Shown: positions 1 to 7,876 of the stretch, one piece after another
Position numbering within the stretch: position 1 is the first letter of the stretch
Layout: every line of letters begins with the position of its first letter
Assembly (NCBI GenBank): GCA_041946805.1
Contig: JBHGBC010000022.1
Span: 1 to 52,936 of the forward strand
Direction: 5' to 3'
Length of the DNA stretch: 52,936 nucleotides
Source of the DNA: a bacterium
GTDB lineage: Bacteria; Hinthialibacterota; Hinthialibacteria; Hinthialibacterales; Hinthialibacteraceae
Position numbers and translations under genes: made by a program
Notes under the pieces: model-generated
The model's database searches: none
Told to the model about the DNA's origin: nothing
The model's input: only the letters and a program-made list of their open reading frames with translations

Positions 1-258
1 CATGGTCCCGCCGCGGCCGGAGCGTCCGCCTCGCCGGTCTTTGGCGTAACCATGACCGGCAATCATGTCGAGGGCGTTTGGAAAAGCACGGACATCCAGC
101 CTTTAACTCCGGCGTTGGTTCAAGCCTTAAAGGACGGTTTGCTCTATTTCAACATTCACACCCAGCTCAACGGCTCGGGTGAAATCCGGGGCCAACTCGT
201 GTTGACCGATGGGGAAGAGGAGGAATCTTACGCCGCCCCATGGGAACTCGCAAAATAG
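1..258 (+). CDS. CHRD-domain protein, 3' end (runs in from the left edge)
   Basis: Frame 1 is open from base 1: HGPAAAGASASPVF...LKDGLLYFNIHTQLNGSGEIRGQL, matching the CHRD signature (HxGxxG...GxxYxNxHTxxxxxGEIRGQ). Ends EEESYAAPWELAK*. Confidence 0.85.
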   Translation, partial: HGPAAAGASASPVFGVTMTGNHVEGVWKSTDIQPLTPALVQALKDGLLYFNIHTQLNGSGEIRGQLVLTDGEEEESYAAPWELAK

Positions 259-286
259 TGTAAAACTCGAACCGGATATGAAAAAC

Positions 287-333
287 AAAACCGGGTTGGC
301 CCCTTAACCAAGCGGCTACCCGGTTTTCTGTTT
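287..333 (+). terminator. Rho-independent terminator-like hairpin after the CHRD gene
   Basis: AAAACCGGG (287-295) pairs with CCCGGTTTT (319-327), followed by CTGTTT. Confidence 0.6.
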
Positions 334-371
334 ATGCCTTTTGATGGACCCTCCGAAACAAGCCTCACTCT

Positions 372-402
372 GGATCAGAAGGCTGCAGGTTCGTGCCCTG
401 CC
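372..402 (+). other. Degenerate tRNA 3'-half (tRNA-Arg-like), possible att-site scar
   Basis: GGATCAGAAGGCTGCAGGTTCGTGCCCTGCC: 5-bp T-stem GCAGG/CCTGC around the 7-nt loop TTCGTGC, preceded by GGATCAGAAGG as in many tRNA-Arg genes. No D-arm or acceptor stem. Confidence 0.5.
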
Positions 403-604
403 TGCCCAGAATTTGAATAGATGAAGTTACGATCATAATTCCTTCCTTGTAAAACTCCTTGCGTTACCCATACGATACCTTTCGAGCACAAAATCTACCC
501 GTTTTCACTCTTTTCCCAGGTATCGTTTCCCAATCCAGAAACTAAACCTTCCTCAGGATTTTTTTCTCTTCAATCGGCTCAAGGGTGACAAAGTAACCCC
601 TAAA

Positions 605-826
605 GTGAAAAAATGGCCGATGGATTGTGCGGCCCACGATCCGGAATTCAACCAACGGATGGAACTGGCCGAGTCGTTTTTGGATTTTGCGGTCAGTACA
701 CGATATCCGGATAGTTGGGTGGAAATCCCGTTGGCAGAGGCCCAATGCTCCGCGCGAAATGCCGAACGCGTCATGAATTTCATCGGGGCCGAAATCGGAA
801 TCAATCCGGAAAAGGAATGCCGATGA
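605..826 (+). pseudogene. HEPN-domain protein, C-terminal fragment
   Basis: C...DPEF...AESFLDFAVSTRYP...EA..SARNAERVMNFI resembles the C-terminal half of small HEPN proteins (YAVxxRYP motif). N-terminal half and a nucleotidyltransferase partner are not seen. Confidence 0.5.
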
Positions 827-951
827 CGGTTTTCGCAAAATCTAATCCATCTTCGGCCGGGCGAGGTTGCAACAGCGGTGCGTAAGCCGGGCGTTTTCAG
901 AATTCATATTCATCTGTGTAAATTAGATATGTAGTAATCATTCTTCCCGTC

Positions 952-3900
952 TTACTTCTCCCTCTCCCACCACCATTTGGGGGGATGGATGTGCGGCGGC
1001 CAGGCGGCGGGGCGCGGGTGGCCGGGGGGCCAGGCGGGCAGGCCGGCTTCCGGCGGGCCGGGCGGGGGATCGAGGCGGGTCGCGTAGGGCCGGCCGGTGC
1101 GGATGGCTTCCGCCATCGCGTCGTAGATTTCCAGAATCACCCGCATCGTGCGGTACTCGCCGTATTTCTGTTCGTCCTTGCGCTTGACGATGGGGAAGGT
1201 CTCCAGAATGTACTCCACTGCTTCCCGCGGCGTGGCGAAATAGTCCCGCAGCTCGGGGCTGCCTTGTTCTTGCCATTCATCGAGATTGCCAAGATACAGG
1301 TGAAAATAAGCGGCGTCCAGCTCGCATCGGATCAGAAAGCGGCGCTCTTCATCCCAGATGAACGGCGGGCCGTCGTAGCCGCAGTCCTGGGCAAATGGCT
1401 CAAGGTCCCATGCGGTGAAGGTCAATTCGAGGATACGGTATGTTAGCCAATTAAATATATCAAAATTTAGTAACCATGGGCACATTCGATCATATGAATC
1501 CGGAGTGAATATGGGTAGCTGGTTTAAATAACCATATGTCAGATGAGTTCCACCTATTTTTTGACGCGCAGCGAAATCAAATGCCATTGATGAAAGATTA
1601 GATTGAAGAGCCGGAATTGAAGAAATACAGTTGTTATCACTGAAAAACAATGGACAGGTGTGCCCCACCCCCACCCTCGGTATCACATTGGCAATCACGG
1701 TGCGCTCGTTGGTGGTGTTGGTTATATCCCGCCAGCCGAGCAGCCAGGAGGGATGGCCCTTGTCCTTCAGGATGGCGTCCACTTCCCCGGCGGGAACCCA
1801 ATACCGGGGCAGAACCGAGAAATTGGGGTTCCGTTTTTCTTCCAGGATCACATCGCGGGTGTCCAGCCCATTGTATGTCGCCCAGCGGTGATCGAAGTGA
1901 TGGATCATCTTCGCTTCATACAACGGCAGAAAAACCTCATCCCCCTTCTCGAACACATTCCCCCGCAGCGCGTACCCCTCGGCCTCCAGCTGCTCCCGGG
2001 TGCGGAACAGATGGGAATCATTGGCCATATCGATCATACGTAGAAATGTAATTCCCCACGGATTGACTTCCGGCGGGCCTTCTTGAATCAATACCGGGAC
2101 GCGGCGGTAGATGTATTTCGTCAACTCCGTGTCCCGTTTAGAGCGGAAAACCGGGCAGGTTCTGGTGTTGGGATTGAGGAGTTGGATCTCTTCCGCCGTC
2201 AGTTGGAAGCGGCGGTCTTCTTCCCGCAGATCCCCGGTCTGGTGCGCGAAAAAGACAAACTCCACCCCTGATGAGGCTGGGTGCTGAGAGCCGGTCAGGG
2301 TCAATAAGGTGAACTTATAACTCCTATGCACACCAGGAAAAGTCCCATCCCGATTTTCAAAATCAAAGAGCGAGACCAACGAATTGGATTCCATCAGATC
2401 CTGGAAAAAAGCCTTGGTGGTATCATCCGTGGCGATGCCGGAAGGCACGATACATCCCACCCGCCCGGATGACGACAAAATCAGACGCTTGGTCTCCGCG
2501 AAGATGGAATAGGTATTGATGTCCCCCCGGCCGCACCGGGGAAACCGGCCGGAATCGCGGACCAGGTGGCTCTCGCCTTCCGCGGTCCGCCGGGCCTGGA
2601 TAAAGGCTTCATAAATAAGGGGATTTTCCATCCGCAGGTTTTGGATCATCCGCCCGCGCGCGGCGGCGTTGGGCGCGTTGGCGATGGTGGGCACGCGATT
2701 GGCGAACCATTCTTTTTCCTGCAACTTGATGCGCTCCCACGGCGGATTCCCCAGCACCACATCGAATCCCCCGTTCCAGCCGGTTTGCGGATTTTCGGGC
2801 GGCTCTCCCTTGGGCGGCCAGCGGAACACATCGGGAAACTCCAAATGCCAATGGAAGAAACGGTATTGCTCCGCCAGGTGGATGATTTCCTGCTGATAGC
2901 CCTTGTTAATTGAATGTTTGATATTGAGGAAAATATCCTGCGTGATGGGGTAGAATCCCTGATCCACGCGCGGCTTGGTCTTTTCCCAGACGAACGCGGC
3001 GCACCAGGCGTCCGCCAACAGGTGGCCGAATTTATAGTCCGAGGATTTCACCAGGTCCTCGTAGGTTTGCTGCTTTTCCCGGATACCCTCCAGGGTGTCA
3101 TCCGCGATGCGGTCCAGGTGGATATACCCCGCCGCCAGGTTCCCCAGGTTTTCCCACGGCGAGTCATCCTCATCGAACAAAAATCCCTGTTGGTTCCGCT
3201 GCTCCCGGTTGCGTTTCTTGTACGTTGCGCAGACGGCCTTGTCGTCTCCCTCGATGGGGTTGAAGGCCGAGTCGGGGATTCCCTCCCGCAGCAGGGTGGG
3301 CGTCACGCCCAGCAGGCTGTTACCGCGGCGGATCCGGTGGTCCAGAAACGAGAGGGGCTTGCCCGGCTCGAGGGCCTCCATCCACAGGGCGGTCTTGCAC
3401 AATTCCACCGACATGGGATTGAGATCCACCCCGTAAACGCAATGGCCGATGACATCGCGCTTGGCCTTCTGGATGGCCTGGGGAGAGGGCTCTTCGTCGC
3501 CCGTGCGGATCGCGGCCAGGCGCTTGGCCACGCGGTTGGCGGCCGCCACCAGAAAATGGCCGCTGCCGCAGGCAGGATCGCAGATCTTGAGACCGAGCAG
3601 GGCTTGTTCGGGATCGTCTTTCTTGCAGGCCGCGTCCACCACCGGATCGAGGGCGGAATCGAGCAGGCAATTGATCAGGCTGGTGGGGGTGTAATAGCTG
3701 CCGGTGGTTTTGCGCTCGTGGCCCGCCGCCGTTTTCAGTTCGAAGGCTTTGGCGTTCACGTCGAGTTCGGGATGGAGCTCGAGCAGGGACTCGTACACGC
3801 TGCCCAGTTCTTCCGAGCCCAGGTTCTTGTAATCCACGGAACGCCGGGCGCCCTCGGCCTGGGTGAAGGCCAGCGCCCGGATGGCGTCGAGGAAGGAGCG

Positions 3901-5064
3901 GTTCTGGATGCCGCAATCCACCAAGCCGGGGATGGCGTCATCTGACCAGAGGAAGCTCCCCAGCGCCGGCAATCCCAGCGGGGGATAGCCGTCCTGTCCC
4001 AGTTTTTGCATTACCACTTTCAGACCCTGGAATAAATCGGGATGCCGCCCGCCGCGGTTCCGTTCGGCCAGGCGGCGCAGGCGGGCGGTGGAGTAAAACC
4101 GGCTGTACCGTTGGTGTTCGAGCGAATCCGGGGGAGCGGTCAGCAGCAGGCCGCGGTCTTCGGCCACGAACAGGAATATCAGCCGGTACACCAGGCGTAA
4201 GAGTTGGCGGAAATATTCCTGGGTGTCCAGGCGGCCTTGTTGCAGTTTTTCCCGCAGGGATTGGTTGGCCGGATATTCCAGAAATCCTTTCCCCAGGAAG
4301 GAGATCGCATCTTCCACCCCCTTGCGCAGCTGCTCGAGGGCGCGGGTGCCTTCCTCCTGGGCGGTTTTGGACCATTGTTCCAGCCAGCATTCCTCGGGCT
4401 TTTCCGACTCCACCCGGGACTGATGGCACAGCATCCAGAGGAGGGAAAAGTCGGCGTAGACTTCGCCCTCCATCATGGCTTCCAGGTCGAATTCCACGAA
4501 GGCTTGGCGGGTCAAACGGATGTTGTCGCGAAGCACGCGCAACTTGAGGCCGTTGGAAACCAGTCCCCAAAGAGAGTTATTGGAGCGGTTCAAGAATTCC
4601 TGCACCAGGCTGTGGGGGCTGCTGCGCGCCGCGCCCGCCACGCCGGGGGTTTTGGTGTCCAAATCGATATTGGAACCTACCAGATGGATGGGGGTATTCA
4701 GCCAAAAATGAGAGATGGGATAGGATTTCCCTTCGATCTCCAGCGATTTCGCGGGTAGCAGCCGCCCGTAGTGGAGTTCCTTGAAGAGAGGAAAGAGCCA
4801 CCGTTCCCGAGTGATTTGCGCGCCCCGGTCTTCGGCCTGAAGTTGCTGGCGGTGCTTTTGGAACGTCTTCCAATCACCCAGGAGGTTGTTCCAGGAGCGG
4901 TTGATTTCTTCGTTGATGCGGACCCCCGCGCTGAGGTGGTAATCCTCCGCCCGCAATCCCCCCAGCGAGGCATCCCAGTTGGAGACGCGTTGCAGCAGGT
5001 CGGTGGGCAGGATCGACCCTTCGGTGTGGATGGTGGTGAAAAGGTCGCGTTGTTTGAGTTGCAT
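952..5064 (-). CDS. N6-adenine DNA methyltransferase, Eco57I/type IIG-like (DrmMI-like)
   Basis: GSYYTP, motif I ICDPACGSGHFL, YGVDLNP, FFHWHLEFPDVF, motif IV GFDVVLGNPPW, and a C-terminal TRD-like region. Start moved to ATG 5064 (MQLKQRDLF), 10 nt after the SNF2 stop; the ORF-track start at 5169 overlaps the upstream gene. Confidence 0.93.
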   Translation of the reverse strand: MQLKQRDLFTTIHTEGSILPTDLLQRVSNWDASLGGLRAEDYHLSAGVRINEEINRSWNNLLGDWKTFQKHRQQLQAEDRGAQITRERWLFPLFKELHYGRLLPAKSLEIEGKSYPISHFWLNTPIHLVGSNIDLDTKTPGVAGAARSSPHSLVQEFLNRSNNSLWGLVSNGLKLRVLRDNIRLTRQAFVEFDLEAMMEGEVYADFSLLWMLCHQSRVESEKPEECWLEQWSKTAQEEGTRALEQLRKGVEDAISFLGKGFLEYPANQSLREKLQQGRLDTQEYFRQLLRLVYRLIFLFVAEDRGLLLTAPPDSLEHQRYSRFYSTARLRRLAERNRGGRHPDLFQGLKVVMQKLGQDGYPPLGLPALGSFLWSDDAIPGLVDCGIQNRSFLDAIRALAFTQAEGARRSVDYKNLGSEELGSVYESLLELHPELDVNAKAFELKTAAGHERKTTGSYYTPTSLINCLLDSALDPVVDAACKKDDPEQALLGLKICDPACGSGHFLVAAANRVAKRLAAIRTGDEEPSPQAIQKAKRDVIGHCVYGVDLNPMSVELCKTALWMEALEPGKPLSFLDHRIRRGNSLLGVTPTLLREGIPDSAFNPIEGDDKAVCATYKKRNREQRNQQGFLFDEDDSPWENLGNLAAGYIHLDRIADDTLEGIREKQQTYEDLVKSSDYKFGHLLADAWCAAFVWEKTKPRVDQGFYPITQDIFLNIKHSINKGYQQEIIHLAEQYRFFHWHLEFPDVFRWPPKGEPPENPQTGWNGGFDVVLGNPPWERIKLQEKEWFANRVPTIANAPNAAARGRMIQNLRMENPLIYEAFIQARRTAEGESHLVRDSGRFPRCGRGDINTYSIFAETKRLILSSSGRVGCIVPSGIATDDTTKAFFQDLMESNSLVSLFDFENRDGTFPGVHRSYKFTLLTLTGSQHPASSGVEFVFFAHQTGDLREEDRRFQLTAEEIQLLNPNTRTCPVFRSKRDTELTKYIYRRVPVLIQEGPPEVNPWGITFLRMIDMANDSHLFRTREQLEAEGYALRGNVFEKGDEVFLPLYEAKMIHHFDHRWATYNGLDTRDVILEEKRNPNFSVLPRYWVPAGEVDAILKDKGHPSWLLGWRDITNTTNERTVIANVIPRVGVGHTCPLFFSDNNCISSIPALQSNLSSMAFDFAARQKIGGTHLTYGYLNQLPIFTPDSYDRMCPWLLNFDIFNWLTYRILELTFTAWDLEPFAQDCGYDGPPFIWDEERRFLIRCELDAAYFHLYLGNLDEWQEQGSPELRDYFATPREAVEYILETFPIVKRKDEQKYGEYRTMRVILEIYDAMAEAIRTGRPYATRLDPPPGPPEAGLPAWPPGHPRPAAWPPHIHPPKWWWEREK

Positions 5065-5074
5065 TAGGAGTCTC

Positions 5075-7876
5075 TTATAACACGGGCAGAAATACGTAAA
5101 TCCCCAATACATCGGGCGGGAGATGCGGCTCCACCCGGTATTGCACGCCCCGGAGGTTGGATTCGGCACGGATCCGCCGGTGTTTTTCCAACAGGGCTTC
5201 GCCCCGCGCGTGGGCCGCTTGGATCAAGCGCGGTTCAATCTCACCATAGCCCTCGATGACCTTTTGGATAAAATCCCGGGCGATGTCGGAGGAAACATTG
5301 GCGTCAGGTTGCAGGAGTAACAACTCTTCCGCCTGGGATTCATCCAGCCACTCGGCCCCGGCGGGAGAACCCGCGAACGCCAACAAGAGGCAATCCTCGG
5401 CCAGCAGGGGTTTTTCAGTATCCCGCCTTTTGGTGATGATATGGAAGCGCAGGCGCACCACCAGAAGGGTGGTCCGCTTTTTGACCTGTCGGGTGCGGAT
5501 CACCCCGCAGCGGTGGAATTTTTGGCCGTCTTCGGGATCCAGGGCGCGGTCCATCACGTAGGCCGCCAGCCCTTCCACGAAGGGATGGGTGCGGCACAGA
5601 TAGATTTCATTTTTCTGAACCGGCACATCGAACCGGGCGTTGAAGTGGATGAAATCCTCCCCCACGGTATCCCGCAAGGAATGGGGTGATTCCTGGAGAT
5701 TGAACTGATATGTCCCATTTTTCGAGACATATCCGTTGAACAACTTGACCGCCTCGGTGGTGAACGTGGCGAGTTCCACCCCGGACCCGATCGCCCGCCG
5801 GATCTCCGTCAATTCGCGGACCACCTCATCCACTTTGATGGTTTCCTGGGCGAACATGGTGCGGGAGCGTTTTTCGCGCTCGGCGTCCTGTTCCCACTGA
5901 TGATGCAAGGTATCCCGGCTGACAGTGAAATCCTCAAAGTACATCTGGAATCTGTCTTCTTTTTTCTCCCGCAATAGAAATCCTTCGAGGATGGCTTGAA
6001 TCAGCTGGTCGGTCTTGACCGGGACCGGCACGGAAATGCCCAGGGAATTGCGGATGCTCCGGTGTTTGCGGATCAAGACATCCAAGACAATGCCGTCGAT
6101 CTGGTTGTCGATCCCATAAAGCGTAACCATCCGCACTTTGCGGCTTTGTTGAAGGAAACGGTCAACCCGCCCTTCGCGTTGTTCATGCCGGGTGGGATTC
6201 CAGGAGAGATCATAGTGGATCACGGCGTTGAAAAGCTCTTGCAGGTTGATGCCCTCACTCAAACAATCCGTGCAAACCAGCACGCGTTGATCAAAATGCT
6301 GGAGTTGGGCAATGCGCTCTTCCCGTTCGGCGGGGGGAAGCAGGCCGGTGACGGATACGATTTCGGCTTTCTGCTTCAACCGCTTGCGTAATTCTTCCGC
6401 CACGTAATCGGATGTGGGAATGAACCGGCAGAACAGGATGGGATTGAATCCTTCCTTGAGGAGTTCATCCACCCAATTCACGATATTGAGCAATTTGTTG
6501 TCCTTGTCCCCCTGGAGTTTGTCCGCCTCGCGCGCCATCTCCGCCAGGCGGCGGGTGTTGGCGGATTGCTCGTCCGTTTCCGCGACCGCGCCCGGCGCGA
6601 TATCCAGGTCTTCCGCCAATTCCTGGCCGGCCTGGTCCAGCACCGACCGCCGGCCGAGTTCATCGGCTTCTTCGATGGATTCGGTATCCAACACGGCGGA
6701 CCGGTTGCGCAGGGTCAAGGCGGCCGCCGCGGGACTGGAGGCCAACGAACGGAGCAGCGAGAGCGCCGCCCACCAGCGCACCCGCTGCTGGAAGGAACCC
6801 GTTTCCACGTTCTGGATGGTTTCCCGCGTATAGCGCAGGACTTTGTCGAATAATTTTTTGTAATCGGGGGACAGCGCGTATTGCACTTCCGCTTCTTCCC
6901 GTTCCGGGAATATGGTTTCAGTGTCCAAATACTTCTTGATATCCCCTCTCCGCCGCTGAACGAAATATTGCGCCAAGCGGCGGCGGTGGGGTTCATTGTC
7001 TTTTCCGGAGAGATCGGGGGGCAGATGGGCAAAATCCGGTTGTAAAAATGACAGCAGGGAACGGAAATTCTCTTCATTGCCGCTGTGCGGCGTGGCCGTG
7101 ACAAACAGCATATGCCGGCCGGTTTCCGACAGCCTTTTCACCAGTTGATACCGCTGATGCCGCGCCGTCTGGGCATTGGGATCGGCCGCGCAGGAATGGG
7201 CCTCATCCACAATGACCAGATCGGGGCAAGCGCGGATGAAATCGTTCTTCCTCCGTTCCGATTTGATGAAGTCCATCGACACCACCACAAAGGGATAATA
7301 GTCAAAGAGGGATTCGGCAACTCCACAATTCCGTTCCAGGCGCAGGGCCGTGCTGGACAAGACCAATTTGGTGTCGATGTGGAATTTCTCCTTCAATTCA
7401 TTCTGCCATTGCTCCGCCAAGGCCGGAGGGCACAGGACCGCCAGGCTGTTGATTTCGCCCCGGTCCAAGAGTTCCCGGGCGATCAGACAGGCCTCGATCG
7501 TCTTCCCGATGCCTACGTCATCGGCGATCAACAGCCGGACGGGATCCAGTTTCAACGCCATCAAGAGGGGAACCAGCTGGTACGGGCGGGGTTCAACGGC
7601 GATCCGCCCGAACGAGCGGAACGGCCCCGCGCTGGAACGGAATCCCACACGGACGGCGTCCCGCAGCAGCCGGCAGGAACGGTAATCTCCCACGAATCGA
7701 GGATCCGGCAGGCCAAAATGAGCCGGCTCAACGGGCTCGAGGGGAATGTAAACCCCCGCCGTCTCCTCCTCCGTCCCCCCCAGGGGCCGCAGGATGAGAA
7801 AATCCTCTTGGGATTCGGGAAGCACCACCCACTCCCGCCCCCGGACTTTTACCAAAGAACCGACCGCGTATGTCAT
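5075..7876 (-). CDS. SNF2-family helicase/translocase (DrmD-like)
   Basis: PRPYQ, Walker A LLIADDVGIGKT, Walker B IVDEAH, TATPH, SEGINLQ, YDLSWNPTRHEQREGRVDR. Start overlaps the upstream helicase stop by 4 nt. Confidence 0.93.
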   Translation of the reverse strand: MTYAVGSLVKVRGREWVVLPESQEDFLILRPLGGTEEETAGVYIPLEPVEPAHFGLPDPRFVGDYRSCRLLRDAVRVGFRSSAGPFRSFGRIAVEPRPYQLVPLLMALKLDPVRLLIADDVGIGKTIEACLIARELLDRGEINSLAVLCPPALAEQWQNELKEKFHIDTKLVLSSTALRLERNCGVAESLFDYYPFVVVSMDFIKSERRKNDFIRACPDLVIVDEAHSCAADPNAQTARHQRYQLVKRLSETGRHMLFVTATPHSGNEENFRSLLSFLQPDFAHLPPDLSGKDNEPHRRRLAQYFVQRRRGDIKKYLDTETIFPEREEAEVQYALSPDYKKLFDKVLRYTRETIQNVETGSFQQRVRWWAALSLLRSLASSPAAAALTLRNRSAVLDTESIEEADELGRRSVLDQAGQELAEDLDIAPGAVAETDEQSANTRRLAEMAREADKLQGDKDNKLLNIVNWVDELLKEGFNPILFCRFIPTSDYVAEELRKRLKQKAEIVSVTGLLPPAEREERIAQLQHFDQRVLVCTDCLSEGINLQELFNAVIHYDLSWNPTRHEQREGRVDRFLQQSRKVRMVTLYGIDNQIDGIVLDVLIRKHRSIRNSLGISVPVPVKTDQLIQAILEGFLLREKKEDRFQMYFEDFTVSRDTLHHQWEQDAEREKRSRTMFAQETIKVDEVVRELTEIRRAIGSGVELATFTTEAVKLFNGYVSKNGTYQFNLQESPHSLRDTVGEDFIHFNARFDVPVQKNEIYLCRTHPFVEGLAAYVMDRALDPEDGQKFHRCGVIRTRQVKKRTTLLVVRLRFHIITKRRDTEKPLLAEDCLLLAFAGSPAGAEWLDESQAEELLLLQPDANVSSDIARDFIQKVIEGYGEIEPRLIQAAHARGEALLEKHRRIRAESNLRGVQYRVEPHLPPDVLGIYVFLPVL

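Noticed and set aside
361..410. Intact tRNA gene
   Set aside because: Only the variable region and T-arm are recognisable; no D-arm, acceptor stem or CCA. Kept only as a fragment.
5065..5169. ORF-track N-terminal extension of the MTase
   Set aside because: Overlaps the SNF2 gene's 3' end; ATG 5064 gives normal operon spacing.
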